A DNA stretch of 64,000 nucleotides from Candidatus Poribacteria bacterium (GCA_965215015.1 OZ244042.1:4128001-4192000), one strand, 5' to 3'; numbered from the stretch's first letter, positions 38,227 through 47,366 are shown. The notes: generated by a model not told the origin, from the sequence alone. Made by a program: numbers and translations.

Positions 38227-38841
38227 ATGAACCCATTCGATGACTTACATATCAATCAAGCCATTGCAATTTTGAAAGATGGGGGTGTAGTTGCTTTTCC
38301 GACCGATACAGTGTACGGTGTTGGCGTGGATCCCTTTCAACCGGAGGCGGTGCGAAAGCTATATGAGATTAAAGGTAGACCTATTGACAAACCTATTCCA
38401 ATTTTGGTCGGATCTGTCAGCGACGTTGAGCGTATCGCTCAAAATTTGTCGCCAAGCTTTTCTCAACTCGCGGAGCAGTTTTGGCCCGGAGGATTAACGC
38501 TGATTGTAGAGGGAAAAGCACTTCCGTCTGAAGTCACCGCAGGGGGGAATACAGTGGGAGTGCGTATGCCGGACCATCCATTGGCCCTTGCGCTTCTCCA
38601 ACGTTTTGGCGGTGCTATCGCGACAACCAGCGCGAACAAATCTGACGAGCCACCAGCTACATCAGCGGAGGAAGTCCAATCCGAGCTTGGTGAACTCGTC
38701 AATATCATCCTTGATGGGGGGCAAACTGCCACCAGAATGGCTTCGACCGTTTTAGACCTTTCTGTGTCACCGCCGCAAATTCGGCGACAGGGCAGCATTT
38801 CGATGGATCAACTTGCCCCTTTTATACGCGAACTTCATTAA
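38227..38841 (+). CDS. tsaC: Threonylcarbamoyl-AMP synthase (YrdC/Sua5 domain)
   Basis: AFPTDTVYG, KGRP..KP, FWPG.LT, TTSAN. Confidence 0.92.
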   Translation: MNPFDDLHINQAIAILKDGGVVAFPTDTVYGVGVDPFQPEAVRKLYEIKGRPIDKPIPILVGSVSDVERIAQNLSPSFSQLAEQFWPGGLTLIVEGKALPSEVTAGGNTVGVRMPDHPLALALLQRFGGAIATTSANKSDEPPATSAEEVQSELGELVNIILDGGQTATRMASTVLDLSVSPPQIRRQGSISMDQLAPFIRELH

Positions 38842-38888
38842 ATCAAACCCATGCCCATCATATATTTACGCAAGTTGCCATTATTCCC

Positions 38889-39047
38889 GTCGGTCGGGCG
38901 TCCTCGCCCGATCTAAGCCCCAGCGGGGCGGCAGGTGTATAGTATCGTCGGTTGGGTTGAACAGTTGAAAGTATCGCGCTATCAATGAGGGTCGAGTTTC
39001 CGACTGTCAACACGACGTTCTGACAGATAGAGAGTGAAACCCAACAC
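38889..39047. repeat. Composite REP-like intergenic palindromes
   Basis: TCGGGCGTCCTCGCCCGA, GCCCCAGCGGGGC and GTTGGGTT...AACCCAAC inverted pairs. Confidence 0.55.
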
Positions 39048-39089
39048 TTAGGTTATATTCATTAAAGAATACGGATGAGGAGTTAAACT

Positions 39090-39911
39090 ATGGAGATTTC
39101 CCTTGCAGGTTGGAGTATCAATCGACGTTTCAGAAATCAGGAAAACCCGCTTTCTCTACTCGATTATCCTCAGCTTTCACGCGATGAATTCGGCATTAAT
39201 GCAGTGGAGTTAAACAGCCCCTTCTTTATTTACGAAGCCCCGGATAATCAGGCGCAAAGTGGGATTTCCGATGTATATGTTGATGAGTTGCGTCGTCGGG
39301 CTGATAACGTTGGTGTGAGGCTGCTCAGTATTGCTGTTGATGGTCACGGCAACCTCTCTGCCATTGACGAAGATGAGCGAAAGCAAGCCGTACGGAATCA
39401 TCGGAAATGGTTTGCCATTTGTCAGAAACTTGGCTGCAATGCCTTTCGAGCCAACAGCGGTGGAAGCCACGGTGCCAATGCGACAGAGGAAGAAATTGGG
39501 CAGTGTATCAAGAGTTTTAAGGAACTTGCCGCCATCGGTGAGAATACCGGCATTCGCGTAATGATGGAAAATCATGGTGGTGTTTCCGTCTCACCGGATA
39601 ACATCGTGCAGGTCATGGAAGCGGTGGGCAGTGCATATTGTCGGGTGCTGGCGGACTTCCTGAATTGGAGACCAACGGATGACAAAGTGGCGAACTTGAG
39701 AGCGATTGCACCTTATACTTGGGCAACCCATGCGAAGTTCCTTAGTTTCGACGAGAACGGAGAGTCAAACGAAATTGATTGCAAAAGCGTCATGGCAATA
39801 TTCAAGGCAGCAGAATATACGAACCCTTTTGGCATTGAGTACGAGGGTCAAACCGATGATCACGCAGGAGTGCTCAAGAGCAAGGTACTTATTGAGAGGT
39901 ATGCGTACTAG
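39090..39911 (+). CDS. Sugar phosphate isomerase/epimerase (TIM barrel)
   Basis: MENHGG, ADFLN, HAK, GIEYEG. Confidence 0.85.
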   Translation: MEISLAGWSINRRFRNQENPLSLLDYPQLSRDEFGINAVELNSPFFIYEAPDNQAQSGISDVYVDELRRRADNVGVRLLSIAVDGHGNLSAIDEDERKQAVRNHRKWFAICQKLGCNAFRANSGGSHGANATEEEIGQCIKSFKELAAIGENTGIRVMMENHGGVSVSPDNIVQVMEAVGSAYCRVLADFLNWRPTDDKVANLRAIAPYTWATHAKFLSFDENGESNEIDCKSVMAIFKAAEYTNPFGIEYEGQTDDHAGVLKSKVLIERYAY

Positions 39912-39962
39912 CCAAAGAAGAGCGAGTTAGGTGTTGTCCACAGCTTGTGGGAAAATAAGAAA

Positions 39963-40370
39963 ATGACCGAGTTCCGTACAAAATGCTTGCCGGATACTCG
40001 CGATACTATCGCACCAGACGGTTCGGAGGTCCGTGTTTTGCTCGAGCTTACGGGCGGCGGAATGGCTCACTTCGAGCTGGCACCGGGAAAAACCTCAACT
40101 GCGGTTGTTCACCGGACAGTCGAGGAAATCTGGTTTTTCCTGAGCGGTTGCGGCGAGATGTGGCGGAAGCAAGACGAAAAGGAGGAAATCGTTGGGGTGC
40201 ACCTCGGTGTCTGCATCACAATCCCGCTTGGAACGCACTTCCAATTCCGATCTTTCGGACCGGAACCCTTGGTGGCAGTTGGAGTGACGATGCCTCCCTG
40301 GCCCGGCGAGTGTGAAGCCTATGTCGTCGAGGGACAATGGGAGGCAACCGGACCTCAAAAATCTAAATAG
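39963..40370 (+). CDS. Cupin domain protein
   Basis: APDGSEVR, HRTVEEIW, GTHFQFR, TMPPWPG. Confidence 0.85.
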   Translation: MTEFRTKCLPDTRDTIAPDGSEVRVLLELTGGGMAHFELAPGKTSTAVVHRTVEEIWFFLSGCGEMWRKQDEKEEIVGVHLGVCITIPLGTHFQFRSFGPEPLVAVGVTMPPWPGECEAYVVEGQWEATGPQKSK

Positions 40371-40427
40371 CCTACAGGGTTGAGGTTGTATACGAACATA
40401 CCAAGTCCCCTTCAAAGAAAGGCAATT

Positions 40428-41540
40428 ATGTCAACAATCCATACCAAGCTCAAGACCGGTGCCGCTTCAGATGTTGAAATGTCGCAGGAGGCACTCTCAC
40501 AAGCGGAAGCCATTCTCCAATCTGAAATCAGCAACCGACGCATCACTGCAGCGGCACTGCTAGTGGCCCGCAATCAAACAATCGTGCACTCAAAAGGCTA
40601 CGGGCACCTGACACCCGAAGCAAATTCACCCCTAATCAAACCGGACGCCGTTTTTCTACTCGCGTCAATCACCAAACCAGTCACAGCTTGCGCCTTGATG
40701 TTGCTAGTCGATCGAGGGGAAATTTCCCTCGATGATCCAGTCTCCCTATATCTGCCGGAATTTCAGGGCGGCGAGCGTGATAAAGTGCGTGTTCGGTATC
40801 TACTGTCGCACACTTCGGGCATGCCGGATATGCTACCTGAGAATACGGAGTTGCGTCGTGCCCATGCACCGTTAAGCGAGTTCGTCCGTCGTGCGACTCA
40901 AACCCCGCTACTCTATTCACCCAATACAAATTTTAGCTACCAGAGCAAAGGCATCCTGCTAGCCTCGGAGATTGTAGAGCGGGTTACAGGAAAACGCCTG
41001 CGGGATTTTGAAGAAAAAGAAATCTTCCAACCCCTTGGAATGATAAATAGCGCATTGGGACTGGGGCGATTTAAGATTCCCCAAACGGTGTGGTGTGGAA
41101 CATCTATGGAGGAGACCGAAGACCAGCAACGTTTCGGACCGAATAGTCCTTATTGGCGGGATCTGGGGAATCCGTGGGGTGGAATACATAGCACAGGACC
41201 AGACCTCGCTATCCTGCTGCAGACTATGCTGAATGGTGGAGGATACGCCGGAAAGCGCGTCTTCAGTCCAGCTGCAGTCAAAGCCATGACAACGGACCAG
41301 AATGGGATACTGAATGCACCGTGGGGATTGGGTTGGGGGTTGGCAGATTCCCAAGCCTGGAACTTCTTTGGCGAACTGGTCTCCCCGGCGACCTTTGGTC
41401 ATACCGGCGCGACCGGCACAGTGGCATGGGCGGACCCTGAACAAGAATTACTTTGCGTAATTTTGACAAATCAGATGGTGGATAATGGCAGCTTGCTCCG
41501 GCGAGTTTCCAATGTGGTTGCGTCTGCGGTTGTCTGTTAG
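40428..41540 (+). CDS. Serine hydrolase, beta-lactamase family
   Basis: SxxK (ASITK), LLSHTSG, FSYQS, FGHTG. Confidence 0.9.
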   Translation: MSTIHTKLKTGAASDVEMSQEALSQAEAILQSEISNRRITAAALLVARNQTIVHSKGYGHLTPEANSPLIKPDAVFLLASITKPVTACALMLLVDRGEISLDDPVSLYLPEFQGGERDKVRVRYLLSHTSGMPDMLPENTELRRAHAPLSEFVRRATQTPLLYSPNTNFSYQSKGILLASEIVERVTGKRLRDFEEKEIFQPLGMINSALGLGRFKIPQTVWCGTSMEETEDQQRFGPNSPYWRDLGNPWGGIHSTGPDLAILLQTMLNGGGYAGKRVFSPAAVKAMTTDQNGILNAPWGLGWGLADSQAWNFFGELVSPATFGHTGATGTVAWADPEQELLCVILTNQMVDNGSLLRRVSNVVASAVVC

Positions 41541-41563
41541 CGTCGAATGGTAGGCGAACCCTT

Positions 41564-43270
41564 ATGACCATAATTGATTGGCTGCTCATCCTAGTAATTA
41601 ACGGTGGAATCGTCCTATATGGAATCATTGCGTTCAGGGGACAGGGGAAGAGCTTTGACTGGTATTTGGCAGCTAAGTCCATACCTTGGTGGATCGTCGG
41701 GCTATCTGCCTTTTCGACAGCGGTGGACAGCGGTGATTACGTGGCTATTGTCGGGGGCTCCTATACACTTGGACTATCACAGTTGTCCCAGTGGTGGTTG
41801 GGGATTGCCGTGGGGTGGTTCGTTCTCAGCTTCTTCGTTATTGTGCCGATGTACCGGTCTGGGGTATTCACCAACGCGGAGTGGCTTGAATTCCGTTTCG
41901 GTCCTGCAGCCAGATTTCTATCCGTCCTAATCAACATTCAGTCCCGGACCAATGTATTGGGTAACATCTTTTTCTCTACCTTTCTTGTCCTGAATATTGT
42001 AGCGGATATTGAGAAGGTATGGAGTTGGTTGATTGTGGTTGCTGTCGCCTTCACCGCAATCCTGTACATCGTCAGAGGGGGCCTGAAGGCTAGCGTTGTT
42101 ACCGACGCGCTGCAGAGCGTTAACATGATCGTCGCAGCCTTTGTTCTTTGGGGGGTAGTGTGGGTAAATGCCGGCGGCTGGAGGGGCTTGAATCAAAAGC
42201 TCGCCGAAATAGATGCTAACCTACCTGAAACCCTGCTGCATGTGGGTGGATATTCGCCGCCTGGGGTGTCCCCCCTTCTAGTTGTCTTTGGACTTATTGT
42301 CGTACTGACGATGTATGTGTTGATTAATCAATACGAGACCATCCGTTTTTTGGGGGCACGTTCCGAATGGGATTTCAAAATGGCTGCGCTGGTCTCTAGC
42401 GTCGCAACGGCGGTCTGTTTGTGGTTTAACGTGAGCTTAGGCCCTTTGGCGCGGGCGGACTTCCCAACACTAGAGATGAGCGATCAAGCCTATCCCCTGA
42501 TGCTCAAAAACTATCTTCCTACAGGCTTAATAGGCTTGGTGCTAGCTGGACTAGTGGCCGGCGGCTATTCGACCTTTGACTCTATCGGCATTGGTATCTC
42601 CAGCCTTTTTGTCCGAGACATCTATGCCCGCTTCATTGTGAAGAATGGCTCCGATGCTCACTATACACGAGTGGGGAGAATAACAGTTCCTTTTATCATT
42701 ATGCTCGGATTTTTGTACGTGCCTTTTCTTCGGGGTGGGATGGTACTATTTTATCTCCGTTTGGCTGGAGCGATTCAGGTGCCGCTGATGACAGTCATCC
42801 TCATGGGTGTTTTCACACGGGTACATCGTGGGACAGGTATCATCGGACTCGCAGTAGGATTAACCTACGGCATCTCAGCCATTCTGGCGGACGCAAGGGG
42901 TTGGGATCTGCCGGTTTGGTATACTAACACATGGTGGGCTTATCTATGGAATTTGGTACTACCAGCGGGCAGTATGATCATCACTTCAGAAGTTATTGAC
43001 TGGTTGCGCGGGCCCGTCAAGGAGGAGGAAATAAAAGGGTTGGTCTATACCCGGCATGAAGCAACACCCAATCTCCGAGAGTTGATGGCGAACCGCTTGA
43101 GGGTGCTTGAAGGTACATGGTTGCAGAAAACCTTACGAGAAGCACCGATTCGACCAAAATATCCTTTTGAAGTGCCAAAAACAGGTCTGCGCTGGTTCCA
43201 ACGTCCGGGGTTGTGGGCAATTATTTACCTTGCTATTGCTTGCTATCTGCTCTTTGTCCTGCTCTGGTGA
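41564..43270 (+). CDS. Sodium:solute symporter family transporter
   Basis: Many TMs; PWWIVGLS, EWLEFRF, GGLKASVVTDALQ. Confidence 0.9.
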   Translation: MTIIDWLLILVINGGIVLYGIIAFRGQGKSFDWYLAAKSIPWWIVGLSAFSTAVDSGDYVAIVGGSYTLGLSQLSQWWLGIAVGWFVLSFFVIVPMYRSGVFTNAEWLEFRFGPAARFLSVLINIQSRTNVLGNIFFSTFLVLNIVADIEKVWSWLIVVAVAFTAILYIVRGGLKASVVTDALQSVNMIVAAFVLWGVVWVNAGGWRGLNQKLAEIDANLPETLLHVGGYSPPGVSPLLVVFGLIVVLTMYVLINQYETIRFLGARSEWDFKMAALVSSVATAVCLWFNVSLGPLARADFPTLEMSDQAYPLMLKNYLPTGLIGLVLAGLVAGGYSTFDSIGIGISSLFVRDIYARFIVKNGSDAHYTRVGRITVPFIIMLGFLYVPFLRGGMVLFYLRLAGAIQVPLMTVILMGVFTRVHRGTGIIGLAVGLTYGISAILADARGWDLPVWYTNTWWAYLWNLVLPAGSMIITSEVIDWLRGPVKEEEIKGLVYTRHEATPNLRELMANRLRVLEGTWLQKTLREAPIRPKYPFEVPKTGLRWFQRPGLWAIIYLAIACYLLFVLLW

Positions 43271-43281
43271 AGGGATACGAA

Positions 43282-43479
43282 ATGGAAAATTCAAAAGACA
43301 CTAAGCAAGCCAAGCAATTCGAGAGATTGTATACAGCACTGCTCGTGCTGCTCGTGGCGATCCTGCTGATGGTCTCTATCATTTACACATCGCATTTATG
43401 GTGGGTGAAGGTTGTGATTGCTGTGATACTCATCGTTGTCGGGGCATGCTTCGGCCACAGATACCTACGCGAGCGATAG
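43282..43479 (+). CDS. Small two-TM membrane protein
   Basis: Starts 11 bp after the symporter stop; two hydrophobic helices. Confidence 0.55.
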   Translation: MENSKDTKQAKQFERLYTALLVLLVAILLMVSIIYTSHLWWVKVVIAVILIVVGACFGHRYLRER

Positions 43480-43500
43480 TCTCCCTTTTCCCGTGATTGC

Positions 43501-44628
43501 CTACCGGAACCAGTCATAATTGAGTCCCAGTGAACGATCCGCCAACGGCAACTCTACCCGAACACCACCCCGCGCCGAAGATTGTTTGAGTGCGATTTCA
43601 ACCTCAATTGCCACTGCAACCCTTCTACCTGAGTTTTTGGGTTCATCCAACCTACCTTCTATGCAATCTATCACATCCGCTAATCCGTAAATTGCACCGT
43701 AGGGACCGACGAACTGCGGATGGGGCCAGGGCATCTCCACTCGACTGACACCGTCAGGTGTTTCAACGTCCTGCCATAGCTTGAATCCGGTCGCCATTAT
43801 GGGAATAACTATTTCACCCGTGGTGCCAGTTACGCGTAGATGCGGTGCACCTGGACGAAAGTAGACAGCTAATTCACTTTCCGTAACCATCATCCCTTGA
43901 CCAGCAAATTCGTCGCTGCCCCCAGGTCCTTTGAATTCATCAGTGTCAGTGCCACGTCGCTCTTTGTCACCGATACCGATAACCCATGCGGGGGAGCTAT
44001 CTAAAAAGTATGACCAACTCTGATGTTGTGCGCCTGGGCGTGGTGCTTCAATGGAAACAACATCACCAATTGCACCGCTTGTAGCCAACTCCTTTGCCTT
44101 TGCAAACGACGGGTGAGTTGTCGAAATGGCACCACAGTTAAGCGGCACACCGGCGTCGGCGCATACCTTGACCATTCGGTCAGCTTCCTCAAGCGTGTGT
44201 GCCATCGGCTTTGCTGTCACAATCCCTTTTGCCCCATTCTCCACCGCCATACATGTCAAGTCTGCCCGTCCCTTGACGTTCGTGGCAACAGCGACGATAT
44301 CTAGCTTTTCGGTACGGAGCATTTCAGTTGCATCGGCATATAGTGTCTTGATGCCGTAACGTTCCTCGAACGCTTTTAGCCGTTTCTGATCGCGGTCAGC
44401 TGCAGCAACCAAATCTACCTCCGGCCGATCCCAGAACGCTTCGGAGTAGCTCGTGGGCAACCCCTCCCTGCCGGGGTGATCATGATGATAGATTTTGCGA
44501 TGAATCTCCAATTCAGGGGTCGGGCGGTCAACATCATCAATGTTGAAAAAATCGCCAATCCGCTCCGCCATATCATAGAGCATTCCCATCCAACCAAGCC
44601 CAATTACTCCTGCACGATACTTTGCCAT
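43501..44628 (-). CDS. Gfo/Idh/MocA family oxidoreductase
   Basis: IGLGWMG, TAKPMA; paralog of 26542-27648. Confidence 0.85.
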   Translation of the reverse strand: MAKYRAGVIGLGWMGMLYDMAERIGDFFNIDDVDRPTPELEIHRKIYHHDHPGREGLPTSYSEAFWDRPEVDLVAAADRDQKRLKAFEERYGIKTLYADATEMLRTEKLDIVAVATNVKGRADLTCMAVENGAKGIVTAKPMAHTLEEADRMVKVCADAGVPLNCGAISTTHPSFAKAKELATSGAIGDVVSIEAPRPGAQHQSWSYFLDSSPAWVIGIGDKERRGTDTDEFKGPGGSDEFAGQGMMVTESELAVYFRPGAPHLRVTGTTGEIVIPIMATGFKLWQDVETPDGVSRVEMPWPHPQFVGPYGAIYGLADVIDCIEGRLDEPKNSGRRVAVAIEVEIALKQSSARGGVRVELPLADRSLGLNYDWFR

Positions 44629-44671
44629 ATATCAACCCTCCTTACAGCATACAGTCCTAACTTTTCCCGTT

Positions 44672-45088
44672 TTACGTTTCACGTTCTATTTCCTGCATCA
44701 TGCCAGCAAATATCATGATATCTTGTTGGAAAGCTTCCGTAAAATCTTCTGATCGCTTTGTTTCAGCAAATCGATGGAATACCGTTTCTAATGCTTGGAG
44801 GAATCCCTCTGACTTACCTTCATCTTCAGCCTGTTGTTTCATTTGTTGAAGAAGCGTCATCTTAGCCGCTGTTTCCCGTTCTGTCTGTACTTCCTTTATT
44901 GATTTGTCAAATGTAACCCGAAGTGTTTCAACAATGTGGTATGCCATAGAACGGTTATATTTCTGTGAATCCCGTTTTGCCCCCTCATAAACATCAAGAG
45001 GTAACAATAGGCTAATTTGCTTCTTTAGTGAATCTTTGGGTTGGCGATATTCTTTCATTAAAATCTCCGAAATTATGGTATCAGACAC
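44672..45088 (-). CDS. Putative ribbon-helix-helix DNA-binding protein
   Basis: KKQISLLLPLDVYEGAKRDSQKYNRSMAYHIVETLR fits an RHH pattern; directly downstream of the integrase; AT-rich. Confidence 0.55.
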   Translation of the reverse strand: MSDTIISEILMKEYRQPKDSLKKQISLLLPLDVYEGAKRDSQKYNRSMAYHIVETLRVTFDKSIKEVQTERETAAKMTLLQQMKQQAEDEGKSEGFLQALETVFHRFAETKRSEDFTEAFQQDIMIFAGMMQEIERET

Positions 45089-45195
45089 TATGCTAACACT
45101 AACATCAAAATTATTGTATATAGCATATCATTAAAATTCGGAAATGTATAGTAAAATTATTCGCCATAAAATGCCATGCTTAACTATGTGAAATA

Positions 45196-46104
45196 TTACT
45201 CCCATGATATACTTTCCATAGTGCTGCGTAAATCTTGTTCGGTAGGCATAGTATAAATCGCAGTTGTATTCACATTAGAATGTCCTAAAATTTTAGACAC
45301 TCTATCAATAGGCTGCCCAGCATCAATTAAATTCTTGGCACAGGTATGTCTAAATACGTGTGGGGAAATATGCTTTATCTTCGCTATATAGGCATATTTC
45401 TGAATAATGTAACGAACACCACGGTCTGTCAACGGCATCCGTTTCTGCCCGTAAAACAGGAAGCGTTCTTTCTCAGGATTTGGACCGGCTACTAATATCC
45501 TTTGCCCATTGCTTTCAAACGATTTTAGATAATTCCTCAAAACGCCTATGACAGTTGAGTTTAATGGGACATTACGTCGCTTCGTACCTTTGCCCTCACG
45601 AACAGTAAGCATATTACTATTTATCGATAAACTAATATCGGAAATTCTTAAATTACAAAGTTCACTAACACGCATGCCGGTATGCAGCAGCATTGTAATA
45701 ATTGCTAAATCCCTCAAATTTCCGGACCTACGCACCGCTCGTAACAATCCCAGCTGCTCTTTACGTTCCAACGCCCGCGGGGCAAGTGGTTCTTCAGCAA
45801 CGTTCCGTATGCCTTCAGCAGGATTATCCAGAATTAGGTCATTTTGCTCTGCCCACTGGCAGAAACTGGAAATACTAATTAAACTGCGATTAATCGTCGA
45901 GGGCTTCTTGCCCCGGTCGAGCATTGCATTGCGATAGTCAATTATTTCCATCGGCGTGATACTTTCAAGTTCAAGTGCTTCCCCAGTTGCGTGTTGGAAC
46001 CACCGTGAAAATGAGCGAAGATCCGCTATATACGCTTTAATGGTCTGCTCAGATTTATCCTGATCATAAAGATAATCACTATAATCTTGCAATAAATCGT
46101 TCAT
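45196..46104 (-). CDS. Tyrosine recombinase/integrase (XerD/TnpI-like)
   Basis: N-terminal SAM-like domain; complete catalytic set GMRVSE, GKG.K, HVFRH, LGH, TAIY. Confidence 0.95.
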   Translation of the reverse strand: MNDLLQDYSDYLYDQDKSEQTIKAYIADLRSFSRWFQHATGEALELESITPMEIIDYRNAMLDRGKKPSTINRSLISISSFCQWAEQNDLILDNPAEGIRNVAEEPLAPRALERKEQLGLLRAVRRSGNLRDLAIITMLLHTGMRVSELCNLRISDISLSINSNMLTVREGKGTKRRNVPLNSTVIGVLRNYLKSFESNGQRILVAGPNPEKERFLFYGQKRMPLTDRGVRYIIQKYAYIAKIKHISPHVFRHTCAKNLIDAGQPIDRVSKILGHSNVNTTAIYTMPTEQDLRSTMESISWE

Positions 46105-46117
46105 TTTTTACCTCTTC

Positions 46118-46245
46118 TTATCGGACATTTTTTTTAAGAGATCAGTTATTATGCGGGTTAAAACGCTGAAATTTAGACAATCGTTTCACTTATCGGATAT
46201 TTTTCGGGGAAATAATGTCCGATAATGATAGTTATCGGACATTTT
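46118..46245. other. Putative recombination site: palindromic core plus accessory half-sites
   Basis: Core AATGTCCGATAA-TGATAG-TTATCGGACATT (46214-46243); extra arms TTATCGGACATTTT (46118), TTATGCGGGTT (46149, degenerate), TTATCGGATATTTT (46190). Confidence 0.8.
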
Positions 46246-46380
46246 GGGTTTTTAAAGGGGAGATGCAGGGCTAAATGGCGCATCCCCTATTTTTTTGAAA
46301 AGTGATCGACAGGGCGTTTTAATCCGTGATAGAATGAAAATGTATCGATACTATGTCACTATAGCCTATAGGAGGGCATA

Positions 46381-47040
46381 ATGCAAAGGTTAATGCCGAA
46401 GATAGCTGTTGTTTCAATGGCTGTCATTTTGATTGTTGTGGTTGGAGTGATTATCCATCTCAGGAACGCGCCTGTGGAGCATGTAAAGGTCTATGAGGTA
46501 CAATACGAGATCGAGGCGCCTGAGCCAATTGTGGTTAGATCTGCTTCGCGTGTGCCGGCATCGTCGGCGGATGTGTCAGAAACGGCCGAGGCGTGGAGTG
46601 AACCGGAAGAGGCAACACATTACGATGACACGCCGGTAACATCTGAATTTATGGAGGTGCGCGGTGCTGAGGAGGTCGCTGGGGCTGAGGAGGACGTTTG
46701 GGATGAGTTACCGGCTGCGGCAATGAACCCGCCGACCCCGCCGACACGCGGTCTAGTTACTCTAATAGATTCGTTCCCAGACGATGGCACCTACGAAGAA
46801 TTTGAATTGCGCCTAACGGATTATGCGTTCACATACTATCCGTTGACAATGCTTGAACCTGAAGAGGTTCGCCTTCTTGATCCACGAGCGAAGGCGGCAT
46901 ACGATCGACAGAAAGCCGCATTCCATAAAGAGTTCGTAGATATGTTCAAAGAGGACTTCGCATCTATGTCTTCCGATGTGCTGTCTATGATTACCCCAGA
47001 TATGGCAACCTTATTTGAAAAGGAAGGGATATTACCATGA
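46381..47040 (+). CDS. Hypothetical membrane-anchored acidic protein (cassette ORF1)
   Basis: AGGAGG RBS, N-terminal TM, Glu/Pro-rich linker, helical C-terminal domain. Confidence 0.7.
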   Translation: MQRLMPKIAVVSMAVILIVVVGVIIHLRNAPVEHVKVYEVQYEIEAPEPIVVRSASRVPASSADVSETAEAWSEPEEATHYDDTPVTSEFMEVRGAEEVAGAEEDVWDELPAAAMNPPTPPTRGLVTLIDSFPDDGTYEEFELRLTDYAFTYYPLTMLEPEEVRLLDPRAKAAYDRQKAAFHKEFVDMFKEDFASMSSDVLSMITPDMATLFEKEGILP

Positions 47041-47198
47041 AGATCGCAGTTGGTGTTGTACTTCTACTCGCGATTGCATGTTACTTCCTATTACCTGTCT
47101 TGGTTCCTCCGGTTGTAGCTCACGGCAGTTGTCAAAGCCTGCAGGCTGAATGGGCCCGCAAAGAGGCAGACTCGGATCCCCCTTTTTTTGTCCGATAA
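47037..47198 (+). CDS. 53-aa ORF with signal peptide (cassette ORF2, possibly truncated)
   Basis: ATGA overlap with ORF1; MKIAVGVVLLLAIACYFLLPVLVPPVVAHGSCQSLQAEWARKEADSDPPFFVR*; the stop TAA lies in the left arm of core site 2. Confidence 0.55.
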   Translation: MKIAVGVVLLLAIACYFLLPVLVPPVVAHGSCQSLQAEWARKEADSDPPFFVR

Positions 47199-47218
47199 CG
47201 TAAATTATCGGACATTTT
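47189..47218. other. Second palindromic recombination core site
   Basis: TGTCCGATAA-CGTAAA-TTATCGGACA(TTTT): same arms as site 1, different 6-bp spacer. Confidence 0.8.
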
Positions 47219-47366
47219 ACAAGAGAAGGTCTGTGTAGTAGGCAGAATTAGAATGAGTAATTTCAACATAGACTATAATTTTACCGAAAACTCAATTCGA
47301 CGTCAACACTTTTATCTTCATTCATTTGCCGCCTTGTTCATTTATGCTGGACAATCATAAATAGTT

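Noticed and set aside
45196-47218. Classical integron, or the chromosomal dif site with xerC/xerD
   Set aside because: No IntI-specific insertion and no attC structure; the arms are symmetric and lack the TTATGTTAAAT XerD arm.
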